A stretch of DNA of 64,000 nt from Cenarchaeum sp. (GTDB taxonomy: Archaea; Thermoproteota; Nitrososphaeria; Nitrososphaerales; Nitrosopumilaceae): NCBI GenBank assembly GCA_963693095.2, contig OY843768.1, forward strand, positions 1,312,001 through 1,376,000. The letters run 5' to 3'. Shown one piece after another: positions 1 through 12,000 of this stretch. The notes under the pieces are model-generated. The model was not told where the DNA came from. It was given only the letters and a program-made list of their open reading frames with translations, and searched no databases. Numbering within the stretch: the first letter of the stretch is position 1; every line of letters begins with the position of its first letter. A program made the position numbers and the translations under genes.

Positions 1-3000
1 CAGCAGTCGAGACGCCAGGCGACAGCGGGAGCGTTATCGTGCTGCCCGAGGAGCTCACCACGCCAGCTGTGGGAATCGGCGCCGTTAACACCATGCTTGT
101 GAACGCAAACGTGAGCCCCGAGGGCAGCGTGGCGAGCGTCTCGGTAAAGGTCAACGTCATGCCGTTGCCGTCAGTCGCAAAGACTGCGCGATCCAGCCTT
201 GGGTTGGCCTCGTCGGTCACTGCCGTGGACATGGCCCTCGAGCCGGCGGCAGCAAGGTCGTTGCCGGTGAGGTCCGTGATCGTGTTCGACGCAGTCGGCG
301 TGCCGGCCGCCGGGCGCGTATAGACCACGCTCGCCGCGCTGAGCGCAGTCAGGCCGCTGGCGCCATCGGGGTCAGTCAGGTCTGTCGTCGCGCGCTCTTC
401 GGCTAGCGTGAGGGTGATCTCCCTGACCGAGGAGGGCGAGGACGTCGAGGACGGCTCGACTGCGCTGACTGCCGAGCCGGCGACGATCCACTCTCCGGGC
501 GCCGTCGTGCCGCGAACGTCCTCGTCAAACCTGATCGTCACGGTGCTCGCAGACGTGAGGGCCGCCGTGAACGTCGGCGCAGTCGTGTCTGGCGTGTAGT
601 CCGTCTCCGACACGACGGCGACGAGCGCGTTGCCGGCAAGGTCGGTGATTGTTATCGGCAGCTGCACGGCCCACGACCCCTGACTGTTGGCCCCCACTGC
701 CACGGTGAGCATCGTGCCGTCGGCCTCGGCGGCGGCGTCCGTGAATGCGCTGGACGGCGAGGCGACGCGCACGGTGAACGGGGCGTCTGGCGTCACGATC
801 ACCTCGTTGAACGTGATCACCATCGAGGTGCCCCTAAAGAACGCCGGCGTCGCCGCATCAAGCGTCGGTGCGGTTCGGTCCACGGTGGGCAGCTCGACTG
901 TGATGTCTCCGGTGTGGCCGTCCGCAGCCGTTATCTGTCCGTCGATGCCGGCGGCATCCTCGACATCTATGGTAAAGTCAAACGGCGAGGCCGCCGCCGT
1001 CTCGGGAGTCGTGGCCGACACGGCGAGGTCATAGTGCCACGTGCTCGCGTCGCTGCCGCCCGTGTTCACCATGGACTCGCCCGTGAGCCCGCCGACGTCG
1101 ATCTCTGGCGTGCCAGAGGCATCCTCGCCGAGCGTGAGCAGGAGGCGGATCGTGTCGCCGGCCGCAGCATGGAGCCTCGAGGCGCCGGACTTTAGCGTTA
1201 ACAGGTTCAGCGCGTCAGCGCCGCCCGTGTTGGTGTCATCGTACACCTCAAAGGATATCGCAGTAGCCCTCGGCGGCGCGTCATAGGTGCCCGTGGCGGC
1301 CGCGCCGGCGTACGCGTTGCCGGCCAGGTCAGTCAGCGTGGTCGGCAGCGCCACAGAGTACGCCCCCGACGCGCGTGTGGCATCGAGCACGGTGACGACC
1401 GCGCCGGCAGGCATGGTGTTCCTGTCCATCGCATCAGACGCGCCTGACGGCGGCGTGACTCGCAGCATGGCCGGAGAGACGACTGGCTCGCTGAACGTGA
1501 GGACGATCGAGTAGCCCGAGAAGGCAGTCGTCGTGAGCGTCGGCGCCGTGCGGTCTATGGTCGGCACGTCCGCCGTGCTGCCGCCGGCTAGCGCAGTCTC
1601 CTGCGTTATGGGCTCAGGGTTGCCCTCCACTGTGATCGAGAACGTGAACGGCGCAGTGGGCGAAGTCTCGACTGTCGTGGTGCCCACGATGATGTCGTGG
1701 TGCCACGTCGTGTCCAGCGCGTCGCCATTGTTGCCCATCGTCGTCGCCGTCGGCGTCCTGCCCGTGCCGGGCACCGTCACTGACGGCGCGGCGGTGACGC
1801 CCTTGTCGAGCGTGAGCACGAGGCGGATCGTGTTGTCTGCCATCGCGTGGAGCTCCGAGGCGCCGGACTTTATCGTGGACAGGTTCAGCGTGTCGGCCGT
1901 TCCGGAGCCGTCAGTGTCGGTGTCGCCGTACACCGCAAAGGATATCACAGTCGCCATCGGCGGCGTGCTGAACTCGGCGCCTCCCGGCACGGCCGTGTTG
2001 GTGGCCAAGGGGTTGCCCACGCCCACCACGTCTTTTATCCCGCTCACGGCCAGGGCGTACGTGCCCTCGGCCACATGGGCGTCCAGCGTGAAGCGCAGGC
2101 CGGTGTTCGGCCCATAGCCCTCGTCGGCTGGGTCAAAGAGGTCGGCGTCGTCATCGACGCTGCCCGTGGTGACCTTTGTGCCGGCCATGGTGGAGACCGT
2201 CAGGCGCTCGATGCCGCGGCCGGGATGCGCGACGGCCTCGTCAAAGAGGACCTCGACGGTGTCTGACGCCGTAAAGCGGCCCACCGCCGGAACCGGCGGC
2301 GCGCCGTCGGCGGCCGCGACTGGGCTGCCGACAGTGGAGCCCACGGGGTTGCCGGCCCTGTCGGCCAGGCGCTCCTGCTCCCCCACGAGCGTCGCCGAGT
2401 CGTCGTACAGGACGCCCGGCGTCGAGGCCGCCGACGGGAGGGCGTCGTGGTGGAGGATTATCCTGTCCGTCCCGGCCTGCGGGATCTCGACTGTGGCCGA
2501 CGGCCCGTCGGAGCCCACGGTCACGTCATTGACTGTGATGCTGCCCCCGTCCGAGAGCGACCAGTCGTCCGCGCGCGCCGTGCCCACGAGCCGCTCGGCG
2601 AAGCGGATATCCGTGTGTGTCAGGCTCTGCGTCTCGGCCGTGAACGCCGGAGGCGTGGTGTCCTCCACGGCAGACGAGGTCCCGTCGGCCAGCGCGTTGG
2701 CCGCCGGCGAGGTGTCGGCTATCGAGTTCGCCCTGGCGTCCTCGCCGTCCGGCACGTTTAGCGTGAGCGTGATCGTGGCGAGGTCGAACGAGGTGGAGTA
2801 GCCGCCCCTGCTATCTGGCGCCGTGATCGTGGCGGTCTGCGCGCCCAGGTTATAGGCGACATTCGAGGCGGCCAGCGTGGCGTCGGCCGTGTCGGCGGCG
2901 TTCCTCCCCGAGAACGTCCAGTCGGCGGCCGTCGGGAGCGTCTTGCCTGTGGCCTGCGAGACGGGCTCGGAGAAGGTCACCGTGTGGACGGCGGTGAACA

Positions 3001-6000
3001 AGCTGTCCGTGGAGTCAGTCAGCGGCCTCTCTACCGTAAACGTCGGCGGCGCGCCGTCAGTCACTGTCGAAGCCGTGGCCGTGCCGCCAGAGGCAGTCGC
3101 AAGGTGGAGCGTTGCAGAGTTTTGGATCGTGTTGGTGCCAGTGGGCGGGCGCGTATAGACCACGTTTGCCGTGGTGATCGCAGTCAGGCCGCCGGTGCCG
3201 TCGGGGTCCTCCAGGCCCGTGGAGGGGCGCTCGATGAGCTCGAGGACGATCTCTGTGTCGCCAAAGGGCGAGGACGGCGTGACCGTGCTGACCACAGAGC
3301 CGCCGACGCGCCACTCAGTCGCCGCCGTCGCGCCAACGACTGGATCGCTAAACGTGATCGTCATGGTGTCCGCAGACGTGAGCTCGGCATCAAACGTCGG
3401 CGCAGTCGTGTCCACCGCGTACGTGGCCATCACGGAGGCGGTGGCAAGCTCGTTGTCCGAGACGTCCGTTATGTCCGTGGAGAGCGCAACAGAATACTCG
3501 CCGGCAGTCGGCGCGGGGATCGGGACTGCCACCCTAGGTTCGCCGTCATTGTGGTTCACGGTCACGCCGCTAGTGGTGGACGTAGGCGTCGTGACCTGCA
3601 GGCTCGAGGGCATGTCGTTGACCGGCTCGCTGAACAAGATGGCTATCGCGTTGCCAAAGAAGACGGCCCTGGCCGTCGGCGCCACACTGTCGGTGACTGC
3701 AGTGGCAGTGGCCGTCCCGCCGGCGGTGGCGAGGTCGTTCCCAGAGCCGTCGGCGAGCGTGTTGGACGCAGTCGCCGAGTCGGCCGCAGGGCGCGCATAG
3801 GCCACGCTCGTCGTGCTGATCGCAGTCAGGGCGCCGGTGCCGTCGGGGTCCTCCAGGCCAGTGGAGGGGCGCGCCGCATCAAGCGTGAGGACGATCTCGT
3901 CGACTGAGGATGGCGAGGACGGCGTGACGGTGCGGACAGTCGAGCCGGCCACTGTCCACTCTTCAGGCGCCGTCGTGCCGCTGACATTCTCGTCAAACAT
4001 GATCGTCACGGTCTGCGCAGACGTGAGCGTCGCAGTGAACGTCGGCGCAGTCGTGTCTGGCGCGTACGTCGCAGTCACCCTGGCAGGCGAGGCAAACGCG
4101 TTGCCGGCAAGGTCGGCCAGGCCCGCCGGCAGCGTGACGGTGTGCTCGACCTCGTCCGCGTCGCCGGCCAGCGTGATGGTGATCGTGAGTGCCGTGGCGT
4201 CATAGTCGACTGGGTTTGTGGTTGCGAGCATGACTGTGTCGGGGAGGTTGTCGTCGTCATCTGGCGTGACCGTGCCGTCAGGCACCGTCACTCCGTACGT
4301 GTAGTCCTCTATGGTCGAGTCGGTGCCGGCGAGTGCCTCATCAAGCGTGATGACGAGCGTTCTGACTGCCGTAAAGTCCGCTTCGGCCGTGGGTGCCGTG
4401 AGGTCTATGGTCGGCAGGGTTTCGATGGTGCTGTCATCCTGCGTTATCGTCGCCATGTTGTTCGCCGCGTCGGCGGCCGTGATCGTGAACGCAAAGGCCG
4501 CCTCGGTTGAGGCCCCTGACACTGCCAGGTCGTAGCTCCACGTCGTGGCCAGCTCGTCGCCATTGTCGTCCATATCAGTCCCCCCTGCTGCCGTCCGACC
4601 GGTCACCACTATCGTCGGCGTGCCGGCTGCGTCCTCGTTGAGCGTCAGGACGAGGCGGATCGTGTCGCCGGCGCTGGCGTGCAGCGCGCTGTTGCCGGAC
4701 TTTAGCGTGTTCGTGTCCAGCGTGTCAGTGCCGTCGCCGTCCGTGTCGGTGTCGTCATACACCGTAAAGACGATCGTGCTCGCAGCCGGCGCCATCGTGT
4801 CTGACGATGTGCGCATCGCGCTCGCCGTGGCGCCTGCTGCGATCGTGTTGTCGCTATCGTCCTGTATGCCATCGGGCAGCTCGACTACATAGGGTGTGTT
4901 GGGGGCCGAGTTCGACGCCAGCGTCAGCGTGACTGTCGAGGTGACGTCCTGCTCGGCATAAACTGCCGTGCCTGTGAGGCCCACAGCCGAGCCGCCGGAG
5001 GTCATGGAGTACGACGAGGTCGCAGAGGGCACCGTGCCGTCCTTTAGGTGCTCGCGGAACGTGATGACAAACGTGTTGGGCGCGGTAAACGCCGAGGAGA
5101 GAACCTCGGGGTTGCGCACCTCGACGCGCACGCGATAGCCCCCGTCATCGATCAGGGCGCCTGTGGTTCCCAGGTCGACGTCAGTCGAGTCCTCAGTCAG
5201 GTCCGCGTGCGTGAACATTGACTCGTTGCCGACGGCGTCGCGCACGGTGAGCGTGAACGGGATGTTGCCCTCTGGCGAGGAGGCCGTGACGGCGTGCGAA
5301 TAGTTGTACACCGTCGATAGGCGCGCACTAGTGCCCGCACCTGAGGCAGTAGTCGACGAGGTCGTGTCGGGGAAGAACGTAATGTCAGCAGAGGCGGCAG
5401 AGGGAGTGTAGCCTCCTGATGCTCTAGTATTGCTGCCATCATGCGTTATGGCCGAGCCGCCGACATAAAGATCCTCGGTGGGCTTTATGAACACCCATGC
5501 AGTATGGCCTGCGCTGGCAGGATTCGAGCTGTAAACGGGAGGCTCTCCAGGGACAGCCCTGAGCATGAACAGCGAGCCGGTGTCGGCCAGCTCGGGTGCC
5601 GCCTCGTCAGTAAAGGTCGCGCTAGTCGCCGTCGCCGCCAGCGCGTTGGACGAGGCGTCAATTATCGACGAGCCGCCCGTGTGGGCGAGGGCTGCGCCGG
5701 TGGCGACTGCAGTCGAGGCTAGCCTGTTCGTGGTATCCCTCGTGAGCGTGACTGTGGTGCCCGAGACCGTGCCAGAGTCAAAGGTGATGCCGGTGCCGAT
5801 ATTCCACTCCGAGCCGGTGATCGTGCCAGTCACGGTCTCGGACATTGTCGCCGTCACCTGCGTCGAGGAGTCAAGCGTCGCCGAGAGTATCGTGGGGGCT
5901 ATCCTGTCAAGGGCCGTGATGTGGGGCGCGCTTGTCGACTCCAGGGCGACGTCGACTGCGCTGTAAAGCGAGTTGGCATTCGGGTTTATCGGCGGTGTGA

Positions 6001-9000
6001 ACGCATCTGTCGGCCGCGTGTACGTCACTGTCGGCGTCGCGTCGACGGCCTGCGCGTTGGCAGACGCGAGCGTGAGCGTGAGCGTCGTGCTCGCCGTCCC
6101 TATCGTGAGCGTCGAGCCAGCGTCTACTGGCGAGCCGCCTGCGGCCACCGAGGTCGGCACCGTGCCGGCGACTCTCCACTCGTTGGCATCAGTCGTGCCG
6201 TCGAGCGTCCCGGAGAACGTGACGGTGACTGTCGTCGGCGCGTCAAGCGTCGCGCCCGTTATCGTCGGCGGCGCATTGTACGTCGCCGTCGTCGACGCAG
6301 AGGCGACGATATTGTTGGCCGTCGGCGTGGCCCTGTCCTTGATCGCATTAGCCGCGTTGATCGTGTAAGTCAGGCCGGCCTGCGCGGCGTCGTCGAGCTC
6401 TATCGTGTATGTAGAGTCGGCCGTGCGCGAGGCTGACTCTAGGTCGAGGGATGTGACACCGCGTACCACCGACCAGCCGTCGTCTCCCTCAATGTCAGTC
6501 ACGTTAGTCACGTCCTCGCTGAACGTCACGGTGATCGTGTCAGCATCGACAAACAAGGCCGACTCGATGGACGGGGGTATCCCGTCGGCGGCTGCGATGC
6601 CGGCCGGCAGCGTCGAGAACAGCGGGAGATCGGCGGCGTTCTCTAGCGAGTTGGCGTCAGATCCCGTAGGCCTCGTGTACGTCACGATCGGCGTCGCGTC
6701 ATCCTCTTGCGCGTCATCGTCTTCCAGCGTGAGCGTGATCGAGCGCACCGCCGTGGTTATCGTGATCGAGCCGTCATCAATCGTCGTCTGCGAGCCGGCC
6801 ATGACGGACTCGGGCTCCTCATCGGCGACTCTCCACTCGCCGCGCGCAGTCTCGCCGTCTAGCGCATCTGTAAAGCCCACCGTGACTGACGTCGAGGAGG
6901 TGAGCCTGACAGAGGATATCGTGGGCGCCACGCTAACGGCAGCCAGCGTGCCATCGCTCACGGCATTGCCCTGCGTGTCGGCGATCGAGAGCTCCCTGGC
7001 CGTTGCAACGGCGTCAAACTCTATGCTGATGGGCGTGTCTGCCTTGAAATCGTCATACCCGTCATCGCCTGTCGCCCGCGGGCTCAGCGTGACTGTGTCA
7101 GTCGTGTCAAGGTCGATCGCATACCCCGCGCTCAGCGCAGGAACCCTGATGGTCGCATCCAAGCTGTTCAAGCCGACGAACTGCCAGTCCTCGTGTGTGG
7201 GCAGCGTCTTTGTTTCGACAAGCTCTGCCCCCTCGGTGAACGTTATCGTGTGCGCAAGGTCGGCTCCCGTGCCGGTCCGCACGGCGATATAGCCCGGAGG
7301 CGCCCCGTCAGTCGCAGTAGCAGTCGCCGCGCTCACGGTGCGGCCAGTCGCAGGCGAGAGGCCGCCCGCAGTGGCAGCATACGTAATGGTCGGCAGCGAG
7401 GCCGTAGAGATGGGCTCGTGGAGGAGCGTTATCTTGTCAGAGGTGATCTCCACGGCAGCCGCGCCGGCCGTGACCGCATCGACCTCACCGGCGGCGATTC
7501 CAGTGGCCGGACCGGCCGGCTCGCCATCAAGGCTGCCATCCACAATCCACTCGGACGGCGCACTAGAGCCGCTCACAGCAGAGCTGAACGTGATGACGGT
7601 GAGAGTCGAGGAGCTAGTCACGGCAGTTATCGTGGGCGTCGCCGGTATGCTAATCGTGCCGGCAGTCACGCGAGTCTCATCGGCGGTGACATTTACACTA
7701 GGTGCTGCGCCGTCGCGCGCGACAATGTCAAACTCTACTGTGCCTGACATGTCATCAACGCCGACGGTGTGCGTGTGCGTCCAGACGGTCCGGTGGGCCG
7801 AACCCGCGGCGGCGACCATGTCTACTGTGGAGCCAAAGATCGTTATCATGGGTTCTGTGGCCGCCGAGGCCGGCTCGGTTAGCGTCACCGTTATGACAAT
7901 GTCCTCGCCCACATTGGCCACGCGCGAAGACTGGCCCATCTTTGCAGTCTTTGGCGTGCTATCATTATCATCCTCATCGACAAAGACGCCGGCCGTGGCC
8001 GTTATGGTCAGATCAGTGGTGTCATCAAAGTCCGCAACCCCGACTGCGCTAGTCAGGACGCGCAGCGCGCCGGCACTCGATGAGAGGCCTGACGTGCGTG
8101 GCGTGCCGTCCGCGCCTAGATAGCGCACGACGGGCGTCGCGTCTGCCGGAAGGGCAGAGGCCGCCCCAAGGGTGATCGCAAGCGAGGCCCCGCCGGCTTC
8201 AAGCGTCGCGCCCGAGGGCACTATGTGGCTCGCCGTGTCACCAAGCCCGCCGGGGAACGTCGAGGGCGTGAGGTCGAGTATCCATTGACCGGGCGTGGTC
8301 GTGCCTGACATCGAGTCAGAGAATGTCACGGTTATGGCCGTAGGCGAGGTGAGCGTCGCGCCAAACGTCGGTATCGCGCCGGTCATCACGTCATAGTCGC
8401 CGCCAAGCAGCAGAACATTGTCAGACGGGTCAGGATCAGAGGCGACGTACGTTCTAACCGTGGAGGGTATCGTGATCGTCTGCGAGGACGGCGTGCTCGC
8501 ATCGGCCCGCAGCGCGACTGTGAGCGTCGAGCCGTCAGCGGCGGCCGCTATCACGTCGGCCCTGTACGACTCGCCGTCAGCAGTAACCACCGCAAGGTCG
8601 CCAAACGGCGGCGTAGTCGCCGGCCTGTTTGGCAGCGTTGTCGGGTCTGGGGTGCTGCCCGCAAAGGCGAGGCTCACCTCTGATGCCCCGCGGCCGGCGA
8701 CCTCGCCGACAGTCACCGTGACTGTCGGCGTGAGCGAGACCGAGCCCGGACCGGCCACGCCGTTGGCATCAGTAATGCCCGCAGTGGCCACGACATGTGA
8801 CACGCGCGCAGCCGCACTGGGCAACGTAATGAGAATCGTGTCTGGTGCGACAAACTCGGCCGCAATGTCCACAGAGGCTGCCGTGCCGATCGTGACGCCG
8901 AGTGCGGACGGAACCGTCTCCTCGGCGATAGCCTCGCTGTACTTTAGGCGCAGCGTGTCCTGTGAGGCCAGCGTGAGTGTCACAGTCGGCGCAGTCGTGT

Positions 9001-12000
9001 CACGGACTACTGGTGCCGTAATGTCAGCGGTGGTTCCGTTATCGTGCGCATCTACAATCGCGGGCATACTACCGCTCTGGGTGGCAAGGGTGATCGTGAA
9101 CAAGGTTCCCTCGGCGACACCACTGATGCCGGGAGACTGATAGTTTATGAACAGCGTGTCCGCAGGAACGGGATCGCCTGCAAAGGTGTCGCCGGGAATC
9201 GAGGTGCCTGAGGGAAGCGGAGGCGACGCGTCGGCGCTTGAGAGTCCTGGAGATAGGCGTGAGAGATGCACGGTGATAGGCTCGCTAAAGAGGAGTCGCA
9301 GGGCAAGGCCATTAGACTCAAACGTCGCGCGAACGAGCGTCGGATCCAGGCCGTCAGCGGCAGTGACGGGCTCATCACCCGTAACTTCGAGGTCGTTGTC
9401 GTTCACGTCGGCCAGGCTCGTTGCGGCATCAGTTATCTCGTATGCCACAGAAGGCCTCGAGGCAGTAGAGTCCAGCGTGTCGTGGACCAAAAAGAGCGTC
9501 CGCGCGCTCGTGAGAACCTGCGTTGCGGCGCCATCAGAGTCCACGGCAGTCGCGACGCCCGTGACGGTCACGCCGTCGACTGTCCAGTCAGCCACGCGGG
9601 CCGTGCCCGTGACAAGCTCGCTGAACGTGATCTCGGTGCGGTCGAGCCTCGCCGTCTCGGCAGTAAAGCTCGGCATCATGGTGTCAATCACCTCTGCAGA
9701 TGACGTGTCGGCCACGGGGTTGCCGGCGGTGTCGACGATAGAGTTGGCCCTGTCAGACTCGCCATCACTGGGCACGTCGAGCGTGAGCGTGATCGCCTTG
9801 GACTGGTCAAAGGCCGGATAACCGCTAGTCGCGTCATTGCTGGCCACGACGGCAAGCGTGCCGGCCGTGGCAAGCGCCGTGTTGACCGCCGACGTAGCCG
9901 AGACCGTAATGTCCGCATCAGCAGAGTCCTTGCCGGTGAACTTCCAGTCAGCTATCGTCGGCAGCGTCTTGCCGGTGGCCATCTCGACAGGCTCAGAAAA
10001 GGCCACCGTGACGGTGTATGTGCCGTCCGCTATAGAGATCGAGGCGTCAAACGTGGGCGAGACGCCGTCAGAGGCCACGACAGGGTCTTGCCCCACGACC
10101 AGGTCATCGGCGTCGGCCAGCGCGCCAGTCTCGCTGCCGGAGGCCACGGTATACTTGACAGTCGGCACAGAGGCCGTCGAGGAGAGTGCGGCGTGCGTGA
10201 TGGTAAAGGACGAGGCGCTCGAGGCCTCGGGTATGGTATAGTCGGTGCCAACGATCGCCGCATTAGAATCATCGACGCGCAGCACGGTTACGACCCTAGA
10301 CCTGTCGTCGTCCTCGTCCACACCCACGCTGTCAGTCACGGCCCACTCGCCGACTGCAAGGCGGCCATCAACGGCAACATTAGCACCAGATGGGCTCTTT
10401 AGCGTCACGACTGTAGTCGTCAGGCTCGCAGTCTTGGCATCAAAGGTCACGGTCGGAACGTGGTCAAAGTCATCATTAGGAACGGCACCCTCGTTGTCGC
10501 GAAGCGCGCCGGCTGTGACGCCCTTTAGGTCCGGAGAGCCCGAGTATGCGACATTTACCGTCTCCGGAGTCACACCCGCGCGAGTCGCGTGCGTGATCGT
10601 GATCGAGGAGACAGGCGCCGAGGCCGGTATCGTGAGCGTGGCGGCCGCAGTCCCCCCTGCGGTGAGCGTCGAGATGACACGCTCAGTCTCGGTCTCGCCG
10701 ACCGTGTCAGTCACCTCCCAGTCGCCGATCACAGTCGTGCCGGCTACTGGCTGCGTGAACGTGACGACTGTCGTAGTCGCATCAAGGGACGACACCCCAG
10801 AGACAAAGGGCGGCTGCGTGTTTGTGGCAAGCGCGCTAGTCTGCGAGGCGACATCATCGCCGTCGGCGACTGACTCGATGCCGGCCCCGCCAGAGGAGGG
10901 CACATAGCGCACGATGGGCGTCGAGGCAAGCGAAAAGGCGTTGGCCTCAGGCACCGTGAGCACGAGGGAGACGCTGCCTGATATCGGGCCGGCGGATGCG
11001 GCAGCATATGACTCTGTGTCTGTCGGCACGGCTATGCGCGTGGCGGGCGTCGTGTCGACGAGCCACTCGGCGGCCGCAGGCGCGCTCAGCGTGCCGGTGA
11101 GGCGTATATGCTCGCCAAAGGTCACGCGTATCTCGGTAGGCGAGCGAATCGTGGCCTCAAAGCGCGGCGAGCCAAACGTCACAGTCACTGTACCGCCGTC
11201 AAATGACGGCGTGCCGTCGGCATAGTCTATCGAGTCAGGCAGCACAAGCGTATAGCCGGCCGGCGTCGTGACCGAGGCGCGCAGAGACAGGTCTATCGTA
11301 GTGGAGCTCGTCGTGGTGATCGCCGCTCGAGGCGCGTCATACGCCGAACTAGAGCCGACAGGTGTCACCGAGATGGTCTCAGGCAGAGAGGAGACAGAGA
11401 CTGCCTCGGAGAAGGTGACGCGCAGGAGGAGCGCGTCGACAAACTCGGCAGTGGCGACCTGCGAGGTCGCCGTCGCGCTCAGTGCGCTGCCGGCAGTCAC
11501 GCCGTTGTGGTTTGCGGCCGCACTTGACAGTGTCACCGTGTATGTCGTGGATGGCAGGACGCCGGGAACGCGGATTGTGAGCTTTGTGTTGCCGTCAAAC
11601 ACGGCATCAAGGTTCGCAAGCGTGCCTCCGGCCGGCGTGACAGATATCTGCAGGCCTGCAGCCGTCGTGTCCGTGTCAAGCGTGGGGCCGCGCATCCGTT
11701 GCGCAAAGGTGAGCTCGATAGTGTCATGCGTGACAAATAGCGCAGTCGGCGCGGTGGGGGCCGCAGTGTAGTATGTCGCCGTTACCATCGTGGGATCTGT
11801 CGTGTTTGGCGTCGAGACGAGATCAGAGATTGTCGGAACCGAGATCGTCACTGACGCGCCGGCGGCGAGGGCTGGAGTGATGTTGAATGTGACCTGTTCG
11901 GGGTTTGTTGACGTGCTGTGGACAGCGCTCGAGGCCGTAAATGACGAAGTGCTCACGCTAAAGGTGCCGGGCGGCGCAATGGCCTCGCTAAAGACGATCG